Shown here piece after piece: positions 20,498-30,537 of a stretch of 64,000 bases of DNA; within the stretch, counting starts at the first letter, position 1, and the number at the start of each line of letters is the position of its first letter. The DNA comes from Candidatus Izemoplasmatales bacterium. Lineage in GTDB: Bacteria; Bacillota_I; Bacilli_A; Izemoplasmatales; Hujiaoplasmataceae. The translations under genes were made by a program, and so were the position numbers. The notes under the pieces are model-generated. The model was not told where the DNA came from, made no database searches, and saw only the letters and a program-made list of their open reading frames with translations. Location: the NCBI GenBank assembly GCA_050949045.1, contig JBMNEZ010000001.1:864001-928000 (forward strand), in the 5' to 3' direction.

Positions 20498-21386
20498 TTT
20501 CCGACTCCCTGTTTTCAAAAGTGAATGTCATAAGGCCGTTTGTCACGGCCTTAAAACAGGAAAATACCGCCAGCGTAACCGAGGCGTCCTGGAACGCGTC
20601 GTGCTTTTGTTTCGTAAGGTCGACTCCTTTGTAGGCCTTGTAGGCATTGAAGAGCCCCAAGTCGTTCTTGAGTCCGAAATACGTCTTGTGAAGCCTTAAG
20701 AGGTCGATAAACTGCATTTTTCTCGTAAAATCGTCAAGTTCATAAAGCCGGTTCATCTTGGCCAGCTCCAATTCGTCGTTCTTCCCCCAGACAAAAACCA
20801 TCGGTCGATACATTCTTTGAATCCTCTTCAACAGGTCATGGACTTCCTGATAAGCGATCCCGGCATCGATTTCGGCTTGGGAAACGCTGAGAAACTTGGC
20901 AGTTCTCTCCGAGATCTTGGAAAAGAGTTTCGGCTTGATGAAAGCTGAGAATTCTTCGATGATTTTCTCTTCTTCGTCTATTAGCACGAGACCGATCTGG
21001 ATGATCTCGGATACAAAGTTCTGATAGTTTCGGTACGGCGGCATCGACATTTCAAAGTCAAGAAACAGTTTTGGTTTCTTGGTGTTCAAAATCGCGCTGA
21101 TCCCTGACTTGATCAGAGAAATGTCGTAATAGAGTTTCGGCTTCTGCCCATAGGGCTCCATGATCTTCTCGATGTTGAGAACGTTCCTGACGCGATGCCT
21201 TTTATAGATCCTCGGACTCTTCTGAATTTGGAGAAAGACGTAGATGCCGGGGCGAAAGTATGCCATGAAATCGGCGAACATCGATCTCGCCAGATAATAA
21301 TAATCGATCTTGCGTTTCGTCTTGATTGCGATCAGGCGGTTGACCTCGTCAACGCCATGAAGCAATCCATAACAATATTCTTTCAT
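20481..21386 (-). CDS. DEDDh 3'-5' exonuclease (KapD/ERI-like) with an extra N-terminal domain
   Basis: LFLDFEM, EIIQIG, WGKND, HDAFQDA. Confidence 0.8.
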   Translation of the reverse strand: MKEYCYGLLHGVDEVNRLIAIKTKRKIDYYYLARSMFADFMAYFRPGIYVFLQIQKSPRIYKRHRVRNVLNIEKIMEPYGQKPKLYYDISLIKSGISAILNTKKPKLFLDFEMSMPPYRNYQNFVSEIIQIGLVLIDEEEKIIEEFSAFIKPKLFSKISERTAKFLSVSQAEIDAGIAYQEVHDLLKRIQRMYRPMVFVWGKNDELELAKMNRLYELDDFTRKMQFIDLLRLHKTYFGLKNDLGLFNAYKAYKGVDLTKQKHDAFQDASVTLAVFSCFKAVTNGLMTFTFENRESENEQNN

Positions 21387-21408
21387 CTTCTTCCTTTCAT
21401 GGTTGACC

Positions 21409-23178
21409 TTATTTGTCCTTAGCGGCGGTCAAGCCGACCCGCAGGTTGTTGATCTGATCCTTTTTTAAACCGAGAGTTGTCAACTCCTGGTCGGTGGCAT
21501 TTTTGATATTTTCAATCGTCTTGAACTGCGTCAACAATTTCATTTTGGTCGCTTTGCCGATCCTAGGAATCTGATCGAGGATCGAAGCATAGACCTCGCG
21601 GGCGCGCTTGGCGCGATGGTAGGTAATCGCAAATCGATGCGCCTCATCCTGAATCTTCGATAACAGCACATACAAATTGGCATGACGATCGAGTTTTATT
21701 TCCGCATCGGAAAGATCGATCAGGGCATCGGTCTTATGTTGAGCGTCCTTTTTAAGGCCAATAACCGGCAATTCGAGATAAAGGGAAGCCAGAACTTCCC
21801 TGGCCGCATGGACTTGGGCGAGGCCACCGTCCATGATCAAAAGATCGGGAAGCGGCTTATGCTCATACAAGAGGCGCTGATATCTCCGGTAGACGACTTC
21901 CTTCATCGCATTGTAGTCGTCAGGTCGGGTTGTCGATTTAATCTGATATTTTCGGTAAGACTTTTTTTCGGGCAAGCCGTTACGGAAGACGACCAGCGCC
22001 GATACCGGATTGGTGCCCATCGTATGGGAATTGTCAAACGCCTCGATCACATTGAGCCTGGCGACGCCGATCAGATCGGCGAGGTCGCCTAGGGCGCCAA
22101 GCATCCGGTCATGCCTTTTGAGGTATGCCCCTAGTTCGTTTTCAAAGTAGATTTTGGCATTCTCCTTGGCCATCTCAACGAGTTGCCTCTTCTTGCCCTT
22201 CCTGGGTATCAAACCGCGACCTTCAACGAATGAGCGCAACAAATCAAGATCGACGCTTTCGGGAAATAAAACTTCCTTTGGCAGGGGGTGGCGTTCATAG
22301 AATTGAACGACATAATCAAGAAATGCGTCTTCCTCATCAGCGTAGTACTCGATTATCGTTGCTTTAGAAAAGACGATCCTGCCGCCGCGCATGAACATCG
22401 TCGAAACCGCCATGAAATTGTCAAAAGCATAATAGTTGAAGATGTCGCGGTCGCCTAGATCCTTGAAAATCACGTTCTGTTTCATGGTGGTTTTACTCAG
22501 CGCCTCGATCAGATCCTTATATTCCTTTGCTTTCTCAAATTCGAGCTTGAGGGCGTGCTTTTGCATCTTCGCTTTCAATTCATTCTTGATGGAGGTGATA
22601 TTGCCCTGCAAAAGATCCTTGACACTTTCGATCATCTCTTTGTAAGTGTTTTGCGCTACCTCATGTTCGCAAGGTCCAAGGCATTGATGGATATGATAGT
22701 AAAAACAAGCCCGGTGTGGCATCTTGAGACACTTGCGGAACAAAAAAATCCGATTGAGCAGCCGCAACGTCTCCCTGGCCGAGGCAACATCGGGGTAAGG
22801 GCCAAAAAAATTCTTGGCCTTCTTGGGTTTTCTCGTGATGACAAGCCGGGGATGAACTTCGCTCGTGATTTCGATATAAGGATAGGTCTTGTCATCCATC
22901 AACATAATATTGAATCTGGGCGAATGCGTCTTGATCAAAGAGAGTTCCAAAAGAAAAGCTTCAAGTTCGGACGAAGTGACGATATAGGAAAAATCGCCGA
23001 CAATGTCGATGAGCGATTGCGTTTTTTGGTCGTGGCTGCCGGTGAAATAGGATTTCAACCGATTTCTTAAATTCTTGGCTTTGCCCACATAAATAATCCT
23101 GCCGGCCTCATCCAACATCTGGTAACTGCCCGGCAGTTCTGGCACAAGCTTTAGTTTTTCCTTGAAGTCCTTGTTCAC
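21409..23178 (-). CDS. uvrC: Excinuclease ABC subunit C
   Basis: GIY-YIG domain (IIYVGKAKNLRNR), Cys cluster, EAFDNSH, DGGLAQ, DEAHRFAI, HhH. Confidence 0.98.
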   Translation of the reverse strand: MNKDFKEKLKLVPELPGSYQMLDEAGRIIYVGKAKNLRNRLKSYFTGSHDQKTQSLIDIVGDFSYIVTSSELEAFLLELSLIKTHSPRFNIMLMDDKTYPYIEITSEVHPRLVITRKPKKAKNFFGPYPDVASARETLRLLNRIFLFRKCLKMPHRACFYYHIHQCLGPCEHEVAQNTYKEMIESVKDLLQGNITSIKNELKAKMQKHALKLEFEKAKEYKDLIEALSKTTMKQNVIFKDLGDRDIFNYYAFDNFMAVSTMFMRGGRIVFSKATIIEYYADEEDAFLDYVVQFYERHPLPKEVLFPESVDLDLLRSFVEGRGLIPRKGKKRQLVEMAKENAKIYFENELGAYLKRHDRMLGALGDLADLIGVARLNVIEAFDNSHTMGTNPVSALVVFRNGLPEKKSYRKYQIKSTTRPDDYNAMKEVVYRRYQRLLYEHKPLPDLLIMDGGLAQVHAAREVLASLYLELPVIGLKKDAQHKTDALIDLSDAEIKLDRHANLYVLLSKIQDEAHRFAITYHRAKRAREVYASILDQIPRIGKATKMKLLTQFKTIENIKNATDQELTTLGLKKDQINNLRVGLTAAKDK

Positions 23179-23230
23179 CGATTCTCACCTGAAGCCATTA
23201 TATCAAAGCAGGAGACAAGACGCAATCCGC

Positions 23231-23259
23231 AAAGAAAAACTCCGGTTTGACCCAGAGTT
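23231..23259 (-). terminator. Terminator of the rimP-rbfA operon
   Basis: AACTCTGG-GTCAAA-CCGGAGTT followed by TTTCTTT. Confidence 0.75.
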
Positions 23260-23584
23260 AGATTTTTCTGATCAGTTCGTCGATGGCTCTGCCGCGAACC
23301 CAGGAATCGTCGTATTTGAAAATCAGTTCCGGAACTTTGCGCATCTTCACTCGGAGGGCGATCTGGTTCTTGATGAACCCCTTCGCCCGCTCGAGCGCAG
23401 CTACGGTCGTTTCGAGTTCGGCTTCCGAACCCAAAAAAGAATAGTACACATACATGAAGGAAAGTTCGTTGGTGATCTTGACACCGGTGATCGTCAAGAA
23501 ACCGATCCGATCTTTGACTTCATTCTTGATAACGGCGGCCACGACGCGCTGAACCCGCGTTTCCAGTTGGTCGACTTTAGCCAT
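23258..23584 (-). CDS. rbfA: Ribosome-binding factor A
   Basis: KDRIGFLTIT, KGFIK, MRKVPELIFKYD; follows infB. Confidence 0.95.
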   Translation of the reverse strand: MAKVDQLETRVQRVVAAVIKNEVKDRIGFLTITGVKITNELSFMYVYYSFLGSEAELETTVAALERAKGFIKNQIALRVKMRKVPELIFKYDDSWVRGRAIDELIRKI

Positions 23585-25457
23585 TTTGTTCCAACTCTTT
23601 CAATACCGAAGCTTCGATGACGTCATCGATTTTGACATCGTTGTAGTTTTCAATCATGATGCCGCAGTCAAAGCCTTGCTTGACTTCCTTCTGATCATCC
23701 TTGAAGCGTTTCAAAGAAGCGATCTTACCTTCAAAAATGACTTTCCCGCCCCTGATCAGTTTGACGCTCGCATCACGCCTGATGACCCCTGATGTAACCA
23801 TACAGCCGGCTACGGTGCCGACTTTGGAGATTGGAAACGTCTCTCTCACGGCGGCCTCGCCGATGACGATCCGTTGATATTCGGGTTCAAGCATGCCTTT
23901 CATGGCTGCCTCGATATCGTCCAAAGCCTCATAGATGACGCGGTAATCGCGGATTTCAACGCCTTTTGCGCTAGCGGTATCGCGTACGTTCGCGGGCGCC
24001 TGGACATCAAAGCCGATGATGATGGCGCCAGAAGCTTCAGCCAATGTCACATCAGTGTCAGTGATCGCGCCGACGCCGGTGCGGACAATATCGATTGAGG
24101 TTCCCTCAATCTTGATTTTCTCGATCGAGCCCTTGAAGGCTTCGATCGAACCTTGCGTATCCGCCTTGATGATCAGTCTCAGTTCCTTGACTGAGCCTTC
24201 AGCGCGTTTGAAAAATTCTTCGAGCGTGACTGTTTTTTTCAGACTTTGATCCTGGCTGAACTGCCGGTCGGAACGCAGCTGGGCGATATCCTTGGCCTGA
24301 CGTTCATCAGCGAAGACCATGAACGGATCGCCTGCCATCGGTACATCGCTCAAGCCGATGATCTCAACGGCAACTCCCGGTTTGGCTTTATGAAGGTTGC
24401 GCCCGAGATCGTCGTTCATCGCCCGAATCTTGCCATAGACCTTGCCAGCGACAAAGAAATCACCGATCTTCAAGGTTCCGTTGGCGACGAGAATCGTCGC
24501 GACCGGGCCTCTGCCCTTGTCAAGCTTGGCCTCAATGACGGTGCCAAGGGCGTTTCTTTTCGGATTCGCCTTCAATTCCAACATTTCGGCGACCAATTGG
24601 ATGGTGTCGAGCAATTCGTCGACACCGGTATTTTTCAGGGCGGAGACATAACAAAACGGTGTCTCACCGCCCCAGTCATCGGGAAGCAACCCGATATCTG
24701 AGAGTTCCTGTTTGACGCGTTCTGGATTGGCGCTCGGTTTGTCCATTTTGTTTACGGCGACGATGATTGCACATTTTGAAGCGCGGGCATGGTCGATCGC
24801 TTCCTTGGTCTGGGGCATCACGCCGTCATCGGCCGCAACCACCAAAACCACGATGTCGGTGACTTTGGCGCCACGGGCGCGCATTTCCGTGAAGGCGGCG
24901 TGTCCGGGAGTGTCAATGAAAGTGATAGCCTTGTCATTTCGGATTACCTGGTAGGCACCGATATGCTGGGTGATGCCTCCCGCCTCCGATTGAACGACGC
25001 GGCTGTCCCTGATCGTATCGAGCAGGGTCGTCTTCCCATGGTCGACATGCCCCATGATCGTGACTACCGCCGGGCGTTCAACGAGATCCTTCGGATCGTC
25101 CTTGATATCGAGTTCTTCGAAACGACTCATATCGGTCATCACTTCGTCCTTGAGTTCAAATCCGTAGTCAAGCGCGATGATTTCGGCGGTGTCGCGGTCG
25201 ACAGACTGCGTCTGCGAGGCCATGATCCGCATGAACATGAGTTTTTTGATCACTTCCGATACCGGACGGTGCAATTGCTCGGAGAGTTCCAAAACCGTCA
25301 TATTGTTCTTATAGTAGACGGTCTTGTCAATGATCTCAACCTTTTTCTCGGAAAGCGGCCGCTTTGATTGTTGGACGCGTTTCTGAGCCGGTTTTTGGTT
25401 GCTCTTCTTGGATTTGAAATTCGATTTTTTCTTGGTATTTGGTCTTTTGGCTACCAC
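23577..25457 (-). CDS. infB: Translation initiation factor IF-2
   Basis: [32 protein letters not shown]. Confidence 0.99.
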   Translation of the reverse strand: MVAKRPNTKKKSNFKSKKSNQKPAQKRVQQSKRPLSEKKVEIIDKTVYYKNNMTVLELSEQLHRPVSEVIKKLMFMRIMASQTQSVDRDTAEIIALDYGFELKDEVMTDMSRFEELDIKDDPKDLVERPAVVTIMGHVDHGKTTLLDTIRDSRVVQSEAGGITQHIGAYQVIRNDKAITFIDTPGHAAFTEMRARGAKVTDIVVLVVAADDGVMPQTKEAIDHARASKCAIIVAVNKMDKPSANPERVKQELSDIGLLPDDWGGETPFCYVSALKNTGVDELLDTIQLVAEMLELKANPKRNALGTVIEAKLDKGRGPVATILVANGTLKIGDFFVAGKVYGKIRAMNDDLGRNLHKAKPGVAVEIIGLSDVPMAGDPFMVFADERQAKDIAQLRSDRQFSQDQSLKKTVTLEEFFKRAEGSVKELRLIIKADTQGSIEAFKGSIEKIKIEGTSIDIVRTGVGAITDTDVTLAEASGAIIIGFDVQAPANVRDTASAKGVEIRDYRVIYEALDDIEAAMKGMLEPEYQRIVIGEAAVRETFPISKVGTVAGCMVTSGVIRRDASVKLIRGGKVIFEGKIASLKRFKDDQKEVKQGFDCGIMIENYNDVKIDDVIEASVLKELEQNG

Positions 25458-25477
25458 ATTACCACCTCTTCTTTATG

Positions 25478-25783
25478 TTATTCTTTGCAGGATTGTTCCA
25501 AAAGATCGGCGAAATTCTTGTCGATGATCGTCACAACTTTCCGATTTTTCTTGCCGATCGCCCGACTGATTTCAGCTCCGGTCAGATTGGAAATCACTCT
25601 AATATTGTGAGAACCGGCCTTGTCGGTGATTTTTTTCGTCGTATTTTTGCCCGCATCGCTCGCCAGAAAGACCAGGCAAGCCCGCCCTTTCTGGATAAGT
25701 TCGGTTGAAAACTCCTCGCCGGAAATCAGTTTCTGCGCGCGCATGGCCAGCCCGAGCGTGCTCATTACCTTAGCCTTGTCCAT
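25478..25783 (-). CDS. ylxQ: L7Ae/YlxQ family RNA-binding protein
   Basis: MDKAKVMSTLGLAMRAQKLISGEE...LASDAG...AIGK; internal ATG 25783; conserved operon position. Confidence 0.9.
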   Translation of the reverse strand: MDKAKVMSTLGLAMRAQKLISGEEFSTELIQKGRACLVFLASDAGKNTTKKITDKAGSHNIRVISNLTGAEISRAIGKKNRKVVTIIDKNFADLLEQSCKE

Positions 25784-26054
25784 CGCGAAGCACCCGCAAG
25801 AGGTCATCGTAGATGCTATCCGGGATCGCCGTCTCGAGGTGTCTTTCGAGAACCTTGGTTTTTCTGGCTTTTTCGATGACACTCTCGCTTTTCATCACAT
25901 AAGCTCCCCGGCCATTGGCTTTGCCGGAGGGATCAAAGACAACCTTGCCCTCTGGGGTCTTAATAACCCTGAGCAATTCCTTTTTGGGCAGTCTCTCCCC
26001 CGTAACGACACATTTTCGCAGGGGGATCTTCCTTGGTTTTCCCATCTGCTTCAT
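25770..26054 (-). CDS. ylxR: YlxR/RnpM family protein (DUF448)
   Basis: PLRKCVVT...KKELLR...GRGAY. Confidence 0.95.
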   Translation of the reverse strand: MKQMGKPRKIPLRKCVVTGERLPKKELLRVIKTPEGKVVFDPSGKANGRGAYVMKSESVIEKARKTKVLERHLETAIPDSIYDDLLRVLRDGQG

Positions 26055-26062
26055 TCCTTTCC

Positions 26063-27127
26063 TTAAAAGCGGATGTCTTGGATTATCGCATCGGTTTCCG
26101 ATTTGATGTCGATCTTCCAGCCGCTCGACTGAACGGCGAGCCGGGCATTCTGGCCTTTCTTGCCGATGGCGAGCGACAACTGATCATCGGGAACGATTGC
26201 GATGGCGCTTTTCTCTTTCTGATCGATGATCACCGCGATGGTTTTTGCCGGCTGGATGGCATTGGCTACCAATTCCTTCGGATCCTCGCTGTACTTGTAG
26301 ATATCCATCTTTTCTCCGTTCAAGGCGTCGATGACTTCCCTGATCCGTATGCCGTTCCGCCCTAAACAAGCACCGACGGGATCGACTTTGGGATTGTTGG
26401 AGGCAACACAGACCTTGCAGCGGTCACCGGGATCGCGGGCTAGCCCCATGATCTCGATCACGCCTTCCTGAAGTTCGGGAATGGCGTTTTCCATCAGTCG
26501 CTTGACCAGATTGCGATCGGTGCGGGAGACATAGACTTTCGGACCTTTGGTCGTTTGTTCGACTTTGGTGATATAAACACGGACCTGGTTGCCGATCACA
26601 AGATCGGTCTCGAGCAGGTCGCGGGCAGGAATCGATGTCTCGGTGTCATAACCAAGATACAAGGTAACAAAGTCATCGTTGATCGAAACCACCTCGGCGA
26701 TGACCATTTCACCGGTCTTATTGGTAAAAATCTCATAGTTGCGCTCTCTTTCAAGCTGCTTCAAGCCCTGGGTCAGGATCTGTTTCGCACTTGAGGCGGC
26801 GATCCTGCCAAAATCCTTTGGCGTGATCTTGACTTCGATGATATCGCCGACACGGGCATTCTTCTTGAATTCCTGGGCTTCTTCGACCGTGATTTGAGTC
26901 CCTTTTTCCGCTTCCGGATCAACGGTCTCGACCACAAGATAGGTGGCGACGATCAAGATCTCGGCTTTCTCCTCGTTGAAGAGAACCCTGGCATTCTGCT
27001 GGCCACGGTAGTCCTTCTTGTAGGCGTTCAAAAGCCCTTTGCCGAAAATGTCGAGGATCTTTTCCTTGGGAACGTCCCTTTCTTCGGCGACTTGTTCCAA
27101 AGCTTTGAAAAACTCTTTGCTGATCAT
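26063..27127 (-). CDS. nusA: Transcription elongation factor NusA
   Basis: FGRIAA, S1 and KH domains, LSLAIGKKGQNARLA. Confidence 0.98.
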   Translation of the reverse strand: MISKEFFKALEQVAEERDVPKEKILDIFGKGLLNAYKKDYRGQQNARVLFNEEKAEILIVATYLVVETVDPEAEKGTQITVEEAQEFKKNARVGDIIEVKITPKDFGRIAASSAKQILTQGLKQLERERNYEIFTNKTGEMVIAEVVSINDDFVTLYLGYDTETSIPARDLLETDLVIGNQVRVYITKVEQTTKGPKVYVSRTDRNLVKRLMENAIPELQEGVIEIMGLARDPGDRCKVCVASNNPKVDPVGACLGRNGIRIREVIDALNGEKMDIYKYSEDPKELVANAIQPAKTIAVIIDQKEKSAIAIVPDDQLSLAIGKKGQNARLAVQSSGWKIDIKSETDAIIQDIRF

Positions 27128-27139
27128 TGTTCTATTCTC

Positions 27140-27577
27140 CTAAAATTTGATTGCCAACCGAATCAGGTTGATGTCGATATAATTGATTTTGATTTCTTTG
27201 TTCTTTGCCAGTTTCAAGGTCAGTGTTTCACCGTTGAAATCACTCAGGATGCCTTCATGCTTCTGTTCATAGGCATCGACATGTACATACTTGCCAAGCG
27301 CTCGCTTGATCTCTTCTTTGTTTCTGAGTTTTCGTTCCGCCCCAGGCGATGTCACTTCAATTTGGCATTCGCCACCAAGCGGATTGAGTTTGTCGATAAC
27401 AGGGGCAATCCGTTCCAAAACCAGAACACATTCATCGACAGTGATTCCCGAATCCTTGTCGATCGCGATCCTCAACAATTCCTGTCTTTTTTCTTTGATG
27501 TATTCAATATCGTAAAGAAAGAAACCAAGTTCCTCGATCATCGGAACGATTTCCCGTTTTATTGTGGACAAGTCCAT
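27140..27577 (-). CDS. rimP: Ribosome maturation factor RimP
   Basis: GITVDEC, EVTSPGAERKL; first gene of the nusA operon. Confidence 0.95.
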   Translation of the reverse strand: MDLSTIKREIVPMIEELGFFLYDIEYIKEKRQELLRIAIDKDSGITVDECVLVLERIAPVIDKLNPLGGECQIEVTSPGAERKLRNKEEIKRALGKYVHVDAYEQKHEGILSDFNGETLTLKLAKNKEIKINYIDINLIRLAIKF

Positions 27578-27595
27578 ATTATTCCCCCAATCCAT

Positions 27596-27623
27596 TAAAA
27601 ACGGGAGGGTCCGTCCCTCCCAT
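27596..27623 (-). promoter_or_regulatory. rimP-leader attenuator hairpin
   Basis: GGGAGGG-ACGGA-CCCTCCC-GTTTT between the promoter (TTGTAT-N17-TATAAT, 27644-27672) and rimP. Confidence 0.75.
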
Positions 27624-27678
27624 TACTACCTTGTGTCGCAAATATTATAACATAGGGCCGATCATGATACAAGCATTA

Positions 27679-28422
27679 TCAATGATTATCATCCAAATAA
27701 CTGCTTTTTGCTTTATAAAACTGGTACATGATGATGCTGCCGGCGACGCTGACGTTGAGCGATTCCGTCTTTTCCATCGGGATCGTGATGATCTCATCTG
27801 CCAGATGCAAAAGTTCTTTTCTGACCCCTTGCCCCTCATTGCCGAGAATCAAGCCGATTTTAGCGGCAGTCTCTTTGATTGCGCCGACATCCTTGCCAGA
27901 GGCGACCGAAGTTCCATAGAATTTGTAGTCGGGATGATCGCTGATGAAAGGTATCAGACCAGTATTGATCAAGGAGAGTCCAAACAAGGCCCCCTGACTC
28001 CCTCTGATCACTTTTGGGCAATAGATGTCAACGGTGTTTTCATAGACAATTGTATCAAAACCGAAGGCCAGAGCACTTCTTAAAAGGGTCCCGAGATTCC
28101 CGGGATCCTGGATCCCATCGATCAATAACAGGCGTTTTCCCAGATGGAAGTCGCTTTTGATCCTGCAAAGGGCAAAGAGAAACTGGGGCGACTCAAGGTC
28201 GGACAGTTGCTTGAGCAGTGCCGGGCTCAAGATGATTGTTTCTTTTTTCCAAAAGGAAACATCCGCACCAGCGACTACCAATTCGCAGTTGCCGCCGGCG
28301 ATCGCTTCTTTGACAAGGTGCTCCCCTTCAACCAAAAACAGGCCCTGTTCAAGCCGGTATTTCTTTTGTTTCAATTTCATCAGTTGCCTGAATTTTGGGT
28401 TTTGCGCTGAATTGATCATCAT
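27679..28422 (-). CDS. TrmH/SpoU family RNA 2'-O-methyltransferase
   Basis: IQDPGNLGTLLRSA, LGNEGQG, ESLNVSVA. Confidence 0.95.
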   Translation of the reverse strand: MMINSAQNPKFRQLMKLKQKKYRLEQGLFLVEGEHLVKEAIAGGNCELVVAGADVSFWKKETIILSPALLKQLSDLESPQFLFALCRIKSDFHLGKRLLLIDGIQDPGNLGTLLRSALAFGFDTIVYENTVDIYCPKVIRGSQGALFGLSLINTGLIPFISDHPDYKFYGTSVASGKDVGAIKETAAKIGLILGNEGQGVRKELLHLADEIITIPMEKTESLNVSVAGSIIMYQFYKAKSSYLDDNH

Positions 28423-28535
28423 CTCACCTTGATAAGATTATAACAGATAACAAAAGGCGAAGCCATATTATCACTCGATTTGGCCTCGCCTATTAAAGAT
28501 TATGCAATATTATTCACTTGTCATTCGGGGATTTT

Positions 28536-30470
28536 TTATTCTTGATTCAAAGCAACCGATGCGATTTCGCTGAAACTTTTTTCCATGTCGTACATCCTAA
28601 TCTGCGATTCAGAGACGGTGTAGATCATGTTCTCGATCAAAATGGCCCTGTCCACGGTGTCGACATAGTAGAAGTATCCGCTTTCGGGCTCGCTCGCATG
28701 CGTAAGTTTGGTGAGATAATCCAATTCACCATTGAAGGTGACCTTGAAGACATAGATGCTTTGTAAATATTTGGTCCAGTTGTCTTCATATTCGGTGATG
28801 GGAATCGCCACATAGATGTATTCCTGGTTTTGCGGCCGATAGCTGACAAACGCCTTATGATCATAGAGGACAGGAGTATAACTGTACTCGCCTTCAACGA
28901 GATAGGTGTCAAGATTCACCGGCTCGTCCCCTTTGGTATCGTAAAGCGAGACCTTGACTCCGGTAAAGACTGTGTTCCCATACTCGTTGATTTCGGCTTG
29001 TCTGCCAATCCCCAACAACAACTCCTCATTTATGGGATGGAGATAATCGGAAACACCCTCTTCGTACAGTTCACCGAGGATCACCGGATTCAACGGATCT
29101 GACAAGTCGATCTTATAGAGCGGATCGGTCCTGACGAAGGTCACGACATAGGCAATGTCACCTGTGAACCTAACCGCATAGATCGACTCCTTGGGCTTCC
29201 CAAGACCGGTAAGGATCGAGACAGGCTCGATTTTCCCGGTAGCCGTCGCATCGAAGCAGGCGATCTGATTGAAAGTATTCCATCTCACAGTGACGTTGTC
29301 ATCCTTGGTCGAGGTGATATATTCGGTTCCCGTGGTTGCGATCCGGAAATAGCCTTCATGCTCGTCCATCGAGAACTGGTCAAGCGGTGAGCCGTCGACG
29401 ACAGCGGTCGCCTTGTAAACCAGTTTGTCCTCCTCGATTGCAAACCTGAGAATATAGGTTCTTGACAGATACCACGAAGTGGAATCTTCATACCAGTAGC
29501 GGTGGACAACCGCATAGAGATTGTTGGCGCTCATATAGATCTGATATGTGTTCCCGACATAGGCCTTCAAATCGAGGTCGTCTTCGCTCTCGACATCAAT
29601 CGATGCAAGCAACAGATATGAACACTGCCACAAATCGGAAGGCATATAGAAAACCGATTTCGCGGAGAGGCGACGATAGCCTTCGCCCTCGGCGCTGTCC
29701 TTGTATCGCGGTAGGATCTCCTCGCCCTCGGGACGGTTCGACAACGAATAATCGTTCATGACCAGGTAGACCATCGGTCCGATCATCCGCGTGTCGGTAA
29801 GATCGGCCTTGTCAAAAAACAACTCCCGCTTCAGTTCCATGTTGGTTTTATCGGCGATGTCGAATATTTTGACGGTCACACCGTAGTTATAGTAATAGTA
29901 ATAATAGTAACCTGGGTAATAGTAAATGGGATAGTCTTCGCTTGAAGATGAGGTTTCGGTATCGTCCTCTTTTACCTCGGGCGCATAAGATTCACTGCCG
30001 ATTGCGATCAATAGTCCCTCATAAAGATAGATCCCGGAAAAATAGACATTCTCCTTGGTATAGGAATCACTGATCTGGAGCGTCTCGGCATCAATGATAT
30101 AGATGGTGTCTCCCGATATCGTGTAGATATAGTAGCCGTCGGTCAAAACCGTGTCGCTCTCGCCGACGCCCTCAACCTGATTGTTGGTTTCGCTGTGATC
30201 CTTTCCACCGCTTTTTTCAGAGTAACTATCGGTAGCGCCGGCAGTTCTTGGCGCAAGATCGTTCTCTGCCATGGCGGAATCGAACATGAAGCGATAGAAA
30301 GACTTTCTTTCATTATTGAACTTGTCGATATAGGCCTCGAGTTGACTCAAATTCTGAAAACTGCCCACCTCGTCGACTTCCTTGTAGTCAATCTCTTTGA
30401 CTGTTTTAAGACAGCCGGAGAGAAAAACAAAGACGCAAACATACATAAAACCGTATAAAAATCGTTTCAT
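28536..30470 (-). CDS. Lipoprotein with a beta-propeller domain (Beta_propel-like)
   Basis: Lipobox LSGC, SETNNQVEGVGESD.V.TDG, QFSMDEH.GYFRIATT, IYAVRF, VTF.RTDPL..IDLSDP..P. Confidence 0.85.
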   Translation of the reverse strand: MKRFLYGFMYVCVFVFLSGCLKTVKEIDYKEVDEVGSFQNLSQLEAYIDKFNNERKSFYRFMFDSAMAENDLAPRTAGATDSYSEKSGGKDHSETNNQVEGVGESDTVLTDGYYIYTISGDTIYIIDAETLQISDSYTKENVYFSGIYLYEGLLIAIGSESYAPEVKEDDTETSSSSEDYPIYYYPGYYYYYYYNYGVTVKIFDIADKTNMELKRELFFDKADLTDTRMIGPMVYLVMNDYSLSNRPEGEEILPRYKDSAEGEGYRRLSAKSVFYMPSDLWQCSYLLLASIDVESEDDLDLKAYVGNTYQIYMSANNLYAVVHRYWYEDSTSWYLSRTYILRFAIEEDKLVYKATAVVDGSPLDQFSMDEHEGYFRIATTGTEYITSTKDDNVTVRWNTFNQIACFDATATGKIEPVSILTGLGKPKESIYAVRFTGDIAYVVTFVRTDPLYKIDLSDPLNPVILGELYEEGVSDYLHPINEELLLGIGRQAEINEYGNTVFTGVKVSLYDTKGDEPVNLDTYLVEGEYSYTPVLYDHKAFVSYRPQNQEYIYVAIPITEYEDNWTKYLQSIYVFKVTFNGELDYLTKLTHASEPESGYFYYVDTVDRAILIENMIYTVSESQIRMYDMEKSFSEIASVALNQE

Positions 30471-30537
30471 AGTTTTACCTCCTTTAGGGATTCGCCTAAT
30501 AAACAATCGTAAAGAGCTTTTTATTGGTGAAAAGAGG

